A stretch of 64,000 nt of DNA from Brevibacterium luteolum (GTDB lineage Bacteria; Actinomycetota; Actinomycetes; Actinomycetales; Brevibacteriaceae): the NCBI RefSeq assembly GCF_013004595.1, contig NZ_JABEMC010000001.1, positions 682,001-746,000 of the forward strand, in the 5' to 3' direction. The stretch's first letter is position 1. The number at the start of each line of letters is the position of its first letter. Shown here in pieces: positions 31,814 to 41,984 of this stretch. The notes under the pieces are model-generated. The model did not search any database. It worked only from the letters and a program-made list of their open reading frames with translations, and was not told the origin of the DNA. A program made the translations under genes and the position numbers.

Positions 31814-32011
31814 ATGCCGAAGCAGAAGACCCACAGCGGTGCCAAGAAGCGCATGCGCATCACCGGCAGCGGCAAGGTCATGCGTGAGCGCGTGAACAAG
31901 CGCCACCTGGCCGAGCACAAGTCCTCGCGGCGCAAGCGCCGCCTGTCCGTCGACCAGGTCATGACCGGCGGCGACGCAGCCAAGGCTCGCAAGCTTCTGG
32001 GCAAGGCCTGA
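31814..32011 (+). CDS. rpmI: 50S ribosomal protein L35
   Basis: MPKQKTHSGAKKR...TGSGK. Confidence 0.98.
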   Translation: MPKQKTHSGAKKRMRITGSGKVMRERVNKRHLAEHKSSRRKRRLSVDQVMTGGDAAKARKLLGKA

Positions 32012-32073
32012 CGACACCGGGCTCGCTGCCCGAGCGCACCGCTGTGCGCGCACCGATTTCATAAGGAGTACAC

Positions 32074-32463
32074 GTGGCACGTGTGAAAAGGGCGATCAAC
32101 GCCAAGAAGAAGCGCAAGGTCATTCTCGACCGTGCGTCCGGCTACCGCGGTCAGCGCTCGCGCCTGTACCGCAAGGCCAAAGAACAGGTCATCCACTCGC
32201 TGGTCTACAGCTACCGTGACCGCCGAGCCCGCAAGGGCGACTTCCGTCGCCTGTGGATCCAGCGCATCAACGCTGGTGCCCGCGCCAACGGCATGACCTA
32301 CAACCGCTTCATCCAGGGCCTCAAGGCCGCTGGAGTCGAGGTCGACCGCCGCATGCTCGCCGAGCTCGCGGTCAACGACGCAGCGACCTTCGCCTCGCTC
32401 GTCAAGGTCGCCAAGGAGGCCCTGCCCTCCGACGTCAACGCCGCCAAGACCTCGGCAGCCTGA
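32074..32463 (+). CDS. rplT: 50S ribosomal protein L20
   Basis: MARVKR, GYRG and [15 protein letters not shown]. Confidence 0.98.
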   Translation: MARVKRAINAKKKRKVILDRASGYRGQRSRLYRKAKEQVIHSLVYSYRDRRARKGDFRRLWIQRINAGARANGMTYNRFIQGLKAAGVEVDRRMLAELAVNDAATFASLVKVAKEALPSDVNAAKTSAA

Positions 32464-32515
32464 CGCAGCTGAACTCCGCGGCCGGGCGACGGCCGCAGCG
32501 GTGACAGACCGCACC

Positions 32516-32548
32516 CACTCAGCCCCGGGAATCCCCCGGGGCTGAGTG
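32516..32548 (+). terminator. Hairpin after rplT
   Basis: cactcagccccggg-aatcc-cccggggctgagtg, a 14-bp perfect stem. Confidence 0.8.
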
Positions 32549-32571
32549 CTGTCTGCAGGTAGGGTGGTGCC

Positions 32572-33447
32572 ATGGCCCCCACACGCCCTGGCTCCCCGCA
32601 GCCTGCCGATCTGCCCGTCCATCCCGGCCTCACCGGCCCCGTGCTCACCTCCCCGCAGTCCAAGCGGATCAAAGAGGCCGGCAAGCTGCTCAAACGCCCA
32701 TGGCGGAACAAGACCGGCCACTTCCTCGTCGAAGGACCCCAGGCAGTCCGCGAGGCACTGGCCCAGGACGCGCCGATCGTCGACGCCTTCATGACCGCTG
32801 AGTCCGCCGAGCGCCACCCCGACCTGCTCGAACTCGCGGCCCAGCGGCGGGTGCGCCTGCGCCAGATCGCCGACGAGCTGCTGCCGCTCATCTCCGACAC
32901 CGTCGCCAGCCAGGGCGTCGTGCTCAGCTGCGAACAGCGCACCCCCGAACTGACATCGGTGGTGACCGCGAAGGCCCGGCTGCTCGTCGTGCTCTCCCAG
33001 GTCCGCGACCCCGGCAACGCCGGCACCGTCATCCGCGTCGCCGATGCCGCCGGCGCTGACGGGATCATCATCACCTCCAACAGCGTCGATGCCTTCAATC
33101 CGAAGGTCGTCCGCTCGACTGCCGGATCGATCTTCCACCTGCCGATCGTCACCGGTGTCGGATTGTCCGAGGTGACCGAGCTCGCCCGCGCCCGCGGCCA
33201 GCAGGTGCTCGCCGCTGACGCCCATCCGCCGGCACATGACCTGCACGTGCCCTGGGACACCGGCCTCGACCTCAGCCGCCCGACCCTGTGGGTGTTCGGC
33301 AGCGAAGCCCACGGCCTGCCCGAATCCGACCGGGCGCTGTGCGATTCGGCTGTGCAGATCCCGCTCTACGGCCGGGCTGAGAGCCTCAACCTCGCCACTG
33401 CCGCAAGCATCTGCATCTACGAATCCGCCCGCAGCCAGCTGCTGTGA
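32572..33447 (+). CDS. TrmH/SpoU-family RNA methyltransferase
   Basis: FLVEG, DPGNAGTVIR, KVVRSTAGS, FGSEAHGL and ESLNLA. Confidence 0.93.
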   Translation: MAPTRPGSPQPADLPVHPGLTGPVLTSPQSKRIKEAGKLLKRPWRNKTGHFLVEGPQAVREALAQDAPIVDAFMTAESAERHPDLLELAAQRRVRLRQIADELLPLISDTVASQGVVLSCEQRTPELTSVVTAKARLLVVLSQVRDPGNAGTVIRVADAAGADGIIITSNSVDAFNPKVVRSTAGSIFHLPIVTGVGLSEVTELARARGQQVLAADAHPPAHDLHVPWDTGLDLSRPTLWVFGSEAHGLPESDRALCDSAVQIPLYGRAESLNLATAASICIYESARSQLL

Positions 33448-33453
33448 GCCGGC

Positions 33454-34059
33454 ATGAGCGCAGGCAGCTGGAACCACAACGTCCACTACCACCGGCGGAT
33501 CCTCGCATCCCTGCCGTCAGAGGCGCAGACGGTGCTCGACGCCGGTGCCGGAGCCGGACAGCTCGCACGGACGCTGGTCGCCGCCGGATATGACGTCACC
33601 GCCATCGACCGTGCCGCTGACCTGGCTGCGAACCCGCGCGTGCCGGGATTGACATGGATCACCGGTGACGTGCTCACCTACGACTTCGGCACCGCTTTCG
33701 ATGCTGTCATCAGCGCGGCCGTCCTGCACCATCTGCCCGATCTCACCGCTGCGCTCAGACGGCTGGCCCGCCTCACCGCTGACGGCGGGACGCTCATCGT
33801 CATCGGCCTGGCCCGGCCGACCCGGCCGAGCGATCACCTCATCCACGCCGCCGGTGCTGTCGTGCACCGCTTCCAGGTGGTCCGCCACGGCTGGCAGACG
33901 GACCCGGCACCCACCTGCTGGCCGCCACCGCACACGTATGCCCAGGTGCGCCGTACGGCAGCCCGGCTGCTGCCGGGTGCAGAGTTCCGCCGGCTGCCGC
34001 TGTGGCGCTACGAGCTCAGATGGAGGGAGCCGCCTGCCGGTGCTCGTCTGAGTCCGTAG
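33454..34059 (+). CDS. Class I SAM-dependent methyltransferase
   Basis: [17 protein letters not shown] and [12 protein letters not shown]. Confidence 0.88.
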   Translation: MSAGSWNHNVHYHRRILASLPSEAQTVLDAGAGAGQLARTLVAAGYDVTAIDRAADLAANPRVPGLTWITGDVLTYDFGTAFDAVISAAVLHHLPDLTAALRRLARLTADGGTLIVIGLARPTRPSDHLIHAAGAVVHRFQVVRHGWQTDPAPTCWPPPHTYAQVRRTAARLLPGAEFRRLPLWRYELRWREPPAGARLSP

Positions 34060-34093
34060 ACGGAACCGGACGCCCATCGAGCCGAGGAGCACC

Positions 34094-34980
34094 GTGACCG
34101 AGCAGCCATCACCCTACGGATCCGGCAGCGGAACCGGCACACGCCAGGGCTCCGCCCAGCCGCAGACGCCTGCCAGCCCGCAACCGGCCGGGCGCGTGCG
34201 CATCCGTCACCTGCAGGAGTACAAGCAGCAGGGCTCCAAGTGGGCGATGCTGACCTCCTATGATCAGCTGAGCGCCGGGCTCTTCGACGAAGCCGGCATC
34301 CCGGTCCTGCTCGTCGGATGCGGCGGCCAACAACGTCTACGGCTACGAGATCACGCTGCCGGTCACCGTCGACGAGCTCATCCCGCTCGTGCGGGCCGTG
34401 ACCGGCAGCACCCGGCGCGCGCTTGTCGTCGCCGACCTGCCCTTCGGCTCCTACCAGGAATCACCTGAGCAGTGCTTCGCCACGTCCGCCCGCTTCATGA
34501 AGGAGGCCGGCGCCCACGCCGTCAAGCTCGAAGGCGGCACTGAGATGGTGCCGCAGATCGAGAAGCTCGCCGTCGGCGGCATCCCCGTCATGGCACACAT
34601 CGGCTTCACTCCGCAGGCCGAGCATCAGCTCGGCGGCTACCGCGTGCAGGGCCGCGGAGACGCCGCCCAGGAGCTCCTCGCCACTGTTCGCGCTGTTGAG
34701 GCCGCCGGTGCTTTCGCCGTCGTCCTCGAGATGGTCCCCGGTCAGGCGGCGGCAGCGATCACCGAGACGCTGTCGATTCCCACGATCGGGATCGGCGCCG
34801 GAGCCGACTGCGATGCGCAGGTGCTCGTGTGGCAGGACATGGCCGGACTGCGCGGCGGGCGGATGCCGCGCTTCGTCAAACAGCACGCCGACCTGCGCTC
34901 CACGCTGCTCGATGCCGCCCGCGCCTACGCCTCCGACGTCGAATCCGGGGCATTTCCCGCAGCCGAGCACACCTTCTCAG
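34094..34980 (+). pseudogene. panB: Frameshifted 3-methyl-2-oxobutanoate hydroxymethyltransferase
   Basis: The 5' frame reads MLTSYD...IPVLLVG and shifts at about 34319. The second frame reads AANNVYGY...[28 protein letters not shown] and FPAAEHTF. The conserved GDS motif is 2 nt short. There is no stop after HTF, so the frame reads to 35186. Confidence 0.85.
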
Positions 34981-35156
34981 CCGCTCCCGGCACCGTCACG
35001 AGCCAGCGTGTCGGGGATCGCCTGCGGATCGTCGATGAGCGCCTGGATGCCATAGCCGGACGCCGCGTGCAGCACGGCCCGGTCGTCCCAGTTGCGGCGG
35101 TTGTCGTCGAACCATGCGGGGGAGGCGGCAGCAGGCTGCGCGGAGCTGGAGTCCAT
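34977..35156 (-). pseudogene. 59-aa N-terminal remnant of a probable class I SAM methyltransferase
   Basis: [59 protein letters not shown]. The 'NRxNWDDR' start is typical of a methyltransferase family, and the ORF ends before any SAM motif. Leaderless TAGTGT-N6-ATG. Confidence 0.6.
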
Positions 35157-35186
35157 GCTCCGACACTAGGCAGGCGAACGCGGTGA

Positions 35187-36349
<1,163 letters not shown>

Positions 36350-36350
<1 letters not shown>

Positions 36351-38869
36351 TGCTCGTCCCACTCGAATGGCTCGCCGACTACGTCGACCTCTCCGTCGTC
36401 GACGACCCGCGCGTCCTCGCTGCCGAACTGGCCAGCATCGGCCTGGAGGAAGAGGACTTCATCGCCCCTGAGGTCACCGGCCCGCTCGTCGTCGGCCGGG
36501 TGATCGAACTGGAGAAGGAGACCCACTCCAACGGCAAGACCGTCAACTGGTGCCAGGTCGACGTCGGCGAGGACGAACCGCGCGGCATCATCTGCGGTGC
36601 CCACAACTTCGAAGCCGGCGACCTCATCGTCGCAGCCCTGCCCGGCGCGGTGCTGCCCGGCGGTTTCGCCATCAGCGCCCGCAAGACCTACGGACACATC
36701 TCCGACGGCATGATCTGCTCATCGAAGGAGCTCGGCCTCGGCGAGGACCACGAGGGCATCATCGTCCTCACCCGGCTCGGGCTGACCGGCGAACCCGGTG
36801 ACGACGCACGGGAACTGCTCGGCCTCGACCGAGTCACCCTCGACGTCAACGTCACCCCCGACCGCGGATACCAACTGTCGATGCGCGGCATCGCCCGCGA
36901 ATTCGCGATGCTCAAAGGCCAGGACTTCACTGATCCAGCCGACCAGCCGGCACCGGAGCCCACCGACGACGGATACCCGGTCGAACTGGCTGATGACGCA
37001 CCGATCCACGGCGTGCCCGGCTGCGACCGGTTCACCGCCCTGCAGGTCACCGGCATCGACCCGAGCGCCCAGACCCCGTATTGGATGCAGCGCCGGCTCA
37101 CCGAAGCCGGCATGCGCCCGATCAGCCTGAGCGTCGACGTCACCAACTACGTCATGCTCGAACTCGGCCAGCCGCTGCACGCCTACGACCGCGACGCCCT
37201 CGGTGAGAAGATCGTCGTGCGCCGCGCGCAGGCAGGGGAGAAGCTCACCACCCTCGACGATGTCACCCGCACCCTCGATCCCGAGGACCTCCTCATCACC
37301 GACGAAGGCGGTGCTGCAGGTGAGAGCCGGATCATCGGCCTGGCCGGCGTCATGGGCGGAGCCGACCTCGAAGTCGGCCCCGAGACCCGCAACATCCTCA
37401 TCGAGGCCGCCCACTTCGACCCGATCTCGATCGCCCGCACCGCCCGGAGACACCGGCTGCCGAGCGAGGCCGCCCGCCGCTTCGAACGCGGCGTCGACCC
37501 CGCCCTCGGCCCAGTCGCAGCCAAGCGCTGCGCAGACCTGCTCGTCGAACTCGGCGGCGGCACCCTCGAAACCGCTGTCACCATCGCCGGTGACGAGCCG
37601 CAGGCCCGGACCGTCAGGCTTGCAGCCGACCTGCCCAACCGGCGGCTGGGCACCGACGACAGCCGCGCGGACATCGTCCGGCTGCTCTGCGCCGTCGGCT
37701 GCCAGGTCACCAACCCCGAAGCCGACATCCTGGAGGTCACCGTCCCGACGTGGCGGGCCGACCTGACCGACGACGTCGACCTCGTCGAGGAGATCGCCCG
37801 GGCCGGCGGTTACGACCGGATCCCGTCGGTGCTGCCGGTGGCCCCCGGCGGCAAGGGCCTCAACGCCGCCCAGGCCGCCCGGCGGCGGATCTCGAACCTG
37901 CTGACCGCGCTCGGCTACACCGAGGTGCTGACCTACCCGTTCACCTCGGACGCCCGCAGTGACGCCCTGCGGATCCCGGAAGGCGACGCGCGCCGCATGA
38001 ACATCCGGCTGGCCAACCCGATGGCCGAGGACCAGCCGCTCATGCGCACCCACCTGCTCGCCACCCTCGTCGACGCAGCCGCCCGCAACCTCGGCCGCGG
38101 CTTCAAGGACATCGCGATCTTCGAAGCCGGGCTCGTCACCCAGCCGGAGACGACCGAACTGGCACCAGTCGAGTCCTACGCCCCGGGCTACCACCCGAGC
38201 GAGGACGAACTGGCGGCGATCTTCGCCTCGGTGCCGGCCCAGCCGTACCATTTCGCCGGCATCATGGCAGGCTACGTCGAACCCCCCGGAGTGCTCGGCG
38301 CCGGCCGGAAGGCCGATGTTTCCGATGTCATCGACACGGTGCACCGGATCGCCGCCTCCTGCGGACTCGAACTCACCGTGTCAGCCGACCAGATCGCCCC
38401 CTACCACCCGGGACGCTGCGCACGCTTCGACTTCGCCGATGGTACCCACTTCGGCCACGCCGGCGAGCTGCACCCGAAGGTCTGCGAGACCCTCGACCTG
38501 CCCGCCCGCACGGTCGCCTTCGAGGTCAGCCTCGATGCGCTGCTGACCCAGTCCGACACCCGCGCCTGGGCCGGGGTGCTCTCGACCTATCCGGTCTCCC
38601 GGCAGGACGTCGCCCTGCTCGTCGACGAGTCGACCCCTGCTTCGGCGGTGGCCGACGCGCTGCGCGAAGGTGCGGGAACCGAACTGGAGAACGTCGAGCT
38701 CTTCGACCTCTACGCAGGCGACCAGGTGCCCGAGGGCAAGAAGTCGCTGGCCTTCCGGCTGACCTTCCGCGCCCCGGACCGCACGATGACCGCCGACGAG
38801 GCCTCCGCGCTGCGCGAGGCCGCCACCGCCGTGGCCGCCGAGCGCTTCGGCGCCGAGGTGAGGAGCTGA
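36350..38869 (+). CDS. pheT: Phenylalanine--tRNA ligase beta subunit
   Basis: ICGAHN, SDGMICS, TPDRG, GQPLHAYD, RFERGVD, DLVEEIAR and KKSLAFRL. The ATG overlaps the pheS TGA. Confidence 0.98.
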
Positions 38870-38870
38870 G

Positions 38871-39704
38871 ATGACTGTTGAGACCACCCGCCCGCTGACC
38901 CTCATCACCGGGGGATCACGCGGCATCGGCCGGATCCTGGCAACCGGGTTCGCTGAAGCCGGCTACCCGGTGGCGATCACCGCCACCGACGCCGACCGTG
39001 CCCAGGCGGCTGCCGCTGAGATCGCCGCCGAGACCTCGGGCACGGTCACCGGATTTGGCGTCGACGTCTCCCAGCCGGACTCCGTTGCCGCGCTGCGCGG
39101 TGACATCGAGGCACATGCCCAGGCCACTGGAGCGCGTCTCGGGGTGCTCATCAACAACGCCGGACGGGTCGAATCGAGCGAAGGACCGCTGTGGGAAGCC
39201 GACCCGGCCTCCCTCGTCGGGGTCATCGGCACCAATGTCATCGGGCCACTGCTCATGATCAACGCCTTCGCCCCGGTCCTCATCGCCACGGCCGAGGCGA
39301 CCGGGCAGCCGGGCCGCATCATCGACCTCAACTCCGGATCCGGCGCGCAGGGCACCCCGGCCTACGGCGCCTACTCAGCATCGAAGGCTGCGCTGTTCCG
39401 GATCGCCGACTCCGTCGTCCACTTCGGCGACGAGAAGGGGTTGAAGATCTTCGAACTGGCACCCGGCGTCATCCGCTCGGACATGACCGCCTCGATGCCG
39501 ATGCACGACTGGCGCACCGACGATGATTGGACCTCGCCTGCCGAGCTCGCCGCGCTGGCGCTCGCAGCAGCCTCCGGTGAGCTTGACGGGTGGACCGGCC
39601 GCTACATCCGCGTAGGTCACGACACTGCAGAAACGCTCAGCCAGCAGATCCCCGCAGCCGGATCACAAGCCCGTAAGCTGATCACGGAGATGGACATCCG
39701 CTGA
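38871..39704 (+). CDS. SDR-family oxidoreductase
   Basis: TGGSRGIG, LINNAG, YSASK and APG. Confidence 0.92.
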   Translation: MTVETTRPLTLITGGSRGIGRILATGFAEAGYPVAITATDADRAQAAAAEIAAETSGTVTGFGVDVSQPDSVAALRGDIEAHAQATGARLGVLINNAGRVESSEGPLWEADPASLVGVIGTNVIGPLLMINAFAPVLIATAEATGQPGRIIDLNSGSGAQGTPAYGAYSASKAALFRIADSVVHFGDEKGLKIFELAPGVIRSDMTASMPMHDWRTDDDWTSPAELAALALAAASGELDGWTGRYIRVGHDTAETLSQQIPAAGSQARKLITEMDIR

Positions 39705-39735
39705 AGCTGGACAGACACGGGGAAGGCAGACGAAC

Positions 39736-41745
39736 ATGAACGTGCTCTACTCGATCCTCCTCGGTCTGCTCAATGCCGTCATCGTCGGCGTGCTCGTGCG
39801 CCGGACGATCACCGTCGGCACCGGGACGCTGCGCAACACGATCGTCTCGCTCGTCATGGGCATGTCCCTGTGGCCGATCACCCTGCAGGGCTACGAGCTG
39901 CTCGGCATCTCCCAGGGCGGGCAGATCCCGTGGATCGAGATGAGCTTCCCGGCCGTCATGGTCTTCCTGCTCATCTTCGCCTGGCTCATCGTCATCCAAA
40001 TGTTCCTGCTGCTGGCCATCGAACTCGTGCTGCCGACCGGCACCTTCTCCTCGGTCATGCGCCAGATCGTGCGCCTGCCGGTGCTCTACCGGCGGGTCAG
40101 CCGCGTGTCCCAGATCCAGCGCATCCTGCTGCGCTACGGATTCGCCCGCTACCTGCGCCCGCGAATCCCGACCCTGAAGGTCTCCATGCGCGAGATCGCG
40201 CGCACCACCGCCGAGGCGTTCGCCGCCGCAGGTGTCACCTTCGTCAAGCTCGGCCAGTTCATCGCCACCCGCTCCGATGTCGTGCCCCAGGAGTTCGTCG
40301 AGGAGTTCTCTAAGCTGCAGTCCGATGTGCCGCCGGTCGACTTCGACCAGATCCGCCCAGTGCTCGAGCGCTCCTTCGGCAGGCCCGTCGACGAGGTGTT
40401 CTCCTCCTTCGATGAAACCCCGCTGGCTGCCGCCTCGGTCGCCCAGGTCCACGCGGCCAAGCTGCCCGACGGCACCCCGGTCGTCGTCAAGGTCCAGCGC
40501 CCGCACCTGCGCAAACAGGTCCGCGCTGATTCCGACATCATCCGCGCGTTGGCCGACCAGGCCCACAACCGGACAGGGTGGGCGAAGAAGATCGGCGTGC
40601 GCTCGATCGCGCGCGGCTTCATCGAATCGCTGGGCGAAGAGCTCGACTACGGCACCGAGGTGCGCAACACCGAGCTGCTGCGTGAGGCCGCCCAGCACCA
40701 CGGCAACGGCTGGCCGCACGGCCCCGACGGACAGCCGCTCGTCGACGTCCCGCGCGTGTACCCCGAACTCAGCAGCGAACGCGTCATCGTCCTCGAACGC
40801 GTCGACGGCATCCCGCTGTCCAAGGCAGGCGACCTGGTGGAGAAGCTGTCGATGATCGCCCGCCGTGAGGCAGCCGACCAGCTCTTCATGACCGTCGCCC
40901 GCCAGGTGCTGCATAAGGGCGTCTTCCACGCCGACCTGCACGCCGGCAACATCCTCATCGACCCGGCCGGACGCCTCGGGCTCATCGACTTCGGCAACGT
41001 CGGCCGCCTCGACATGCGCGACCGCCGCGACATCGCCCTGCTGCTCATGGCCTTCGAACGGCAGAACTCGCAGGCCGCCACCACCGCGATCCTCGACCTG
41101 TTCGGGGCCCCCGTCGGTGTTGACATCCGGCTGCTGCAGCGCGAGATCGGCCAGATCATGCTGCAGTTCGACGGTGGTTCCGGAAGCTCATCGGCGATGT
41201 TCTCCGAACTGCTGTCCTTCGTCGTCGACAACGGCTTCGAACTGCCAGCCGCCGTTGCTGATGCATTCCGGGCGATCTCCACGCTGGAGGGCAGCCTCAA
41301 GAAGCTCGACCCGACGATCGACCTGCTCGATCTGGTGCGCGCTCACAGCGACACGCTCATGCGCGGGGCAGTGAGCTTCCGCGACAGCCTCGGCCATGCC
41401 GACCTGTATTTCACCGCGAACGCCCCGATGCTCGCCTCGCTGCCGGCCCAGATCAGCCGGATCGCCCAGCACCTGGAGGACGGCACCCTCGACATCGGCA
41501 CCAGCGGCCTCAACATCGACCTCATTAAGAACCTCGTGCGCACGACGGTCGATCAGCTGGTTCAGGTCATCATCGCCACCGCCCTCATCCTCGGCGGCGT
41601 CGTCATGATGTCTGCTGACTTCGGCCCGCCGCTGGCACCGGATCTCAAGCTGTTCACCTACTTCGGCGCGTGGGTGCTGCTCGGCGGCTTCGTGCTCGCC
41701 GCAGTGGTGTTGGCGCCGGCGCTGGCGACGAGAAGATTCAAGTAG
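39736..41745 (+). CDS. ABC1/UbiB-family atypical kinase, membrane-anchored
   Basis: FVKLGQ, AAASVAQVH, VVKVQRP, FHADLHAGN and LIDFG. TM helices at both ends. Confidence 0.93.
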   Translation: MNVLYSILLGLLNAVIVGVLVRRTITVGTGTLRNTIVSLVMGMSLWPITLQGYELLGISQGGQIPWIEMSFPAVMVFLLIFAWLIVIQMFLLLAIELVLPTGTFSSVMRQIVRLPVLYRRVSRVSQIQRILLRYGFARYLRPRIPTLKVSMREIARTTAEAFAAAGVTFVKLGQFIATRSDVVPQEFVEEFSKLQSDVPPVDFDQIRPVLERSFGRPVDEVFSSFDETPLAAASVAQVHAAKLPDGTPVVVKVQRPHLRKQVRADSDIIRALADQAHNRTGWAKKIGVRSIARGFIESLGEELDYGTEVRNTELLREAAQHHGNGWPHGPDGQPLVDVPRVYPELSSERVIVLERVDGIPLSKAGDLVEKLSMIARREAADQLFMTVARQVLHKGVFHADLHAGNILIDPAGRLGLIDFGNVGRLDMRDRRDIALLLMAFERQNSQAATTAILDLFGAPVGVDIRLLQREIGQIMLQFDGGSGSSSAMFSELLSFVVDNGFELPAAVADAFRAISTLEGSLKKLDPTIDLLDLVRAHSDTLMRGAVSFRDSLGHADLYFTANAPMLASLPAQISRIAQHLEDGTLDIGTSGLNIDLIKNLVRTTVDQLVQVIIATALILGGVVMMSADFGPPLAPDLKLFTYFGAWVLLGGFVLAAVVLAPALATRRFK

Positions 41746-41864
41746 CCTGCGCATCCTCTCAAACTCTGTGCACGGTACCGCATAACCTCTCAGCTCGTTC
41801 GCTTCGCCCGGTCGTGGCGTAGCACATGATGACGATGTGGATGAACTCATAGTTGCGTCTTTTA

Positions 41865-41899
41865 TTGACATTAAAGTACTTTTGTTTTATATAAAATAA
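41865..41899 (+). promoter_or_regulatory. AT-rich sigma-70-type promoter with palindromes upstream of the LuxR pair
   Basis: Perfect -35 TTGACA at 41865-41870. TATATA/TATAAA/TAAAAT candidates at 41888-41897. Palindromes AAAGTACTTT (41873-41882) and TTTTATATAAAA (41885-41896). Confidence 0.65.
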
Positions 41900-41984
41900 C
41901 CGCAGAAGTTTGTGTCGCACTTCCCACTCTCAATCTTGCGGCACGTCCTGCAGTTGATGAATACGGCTAAACGCGGAGGTGCGC

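Noticed and set aside
34300..34330. Programmed ribosomal frameshift rescuing panB
   Set aside because: There is no slippery sequence, and a shift would not restore the conserved Asp-Ser residues.
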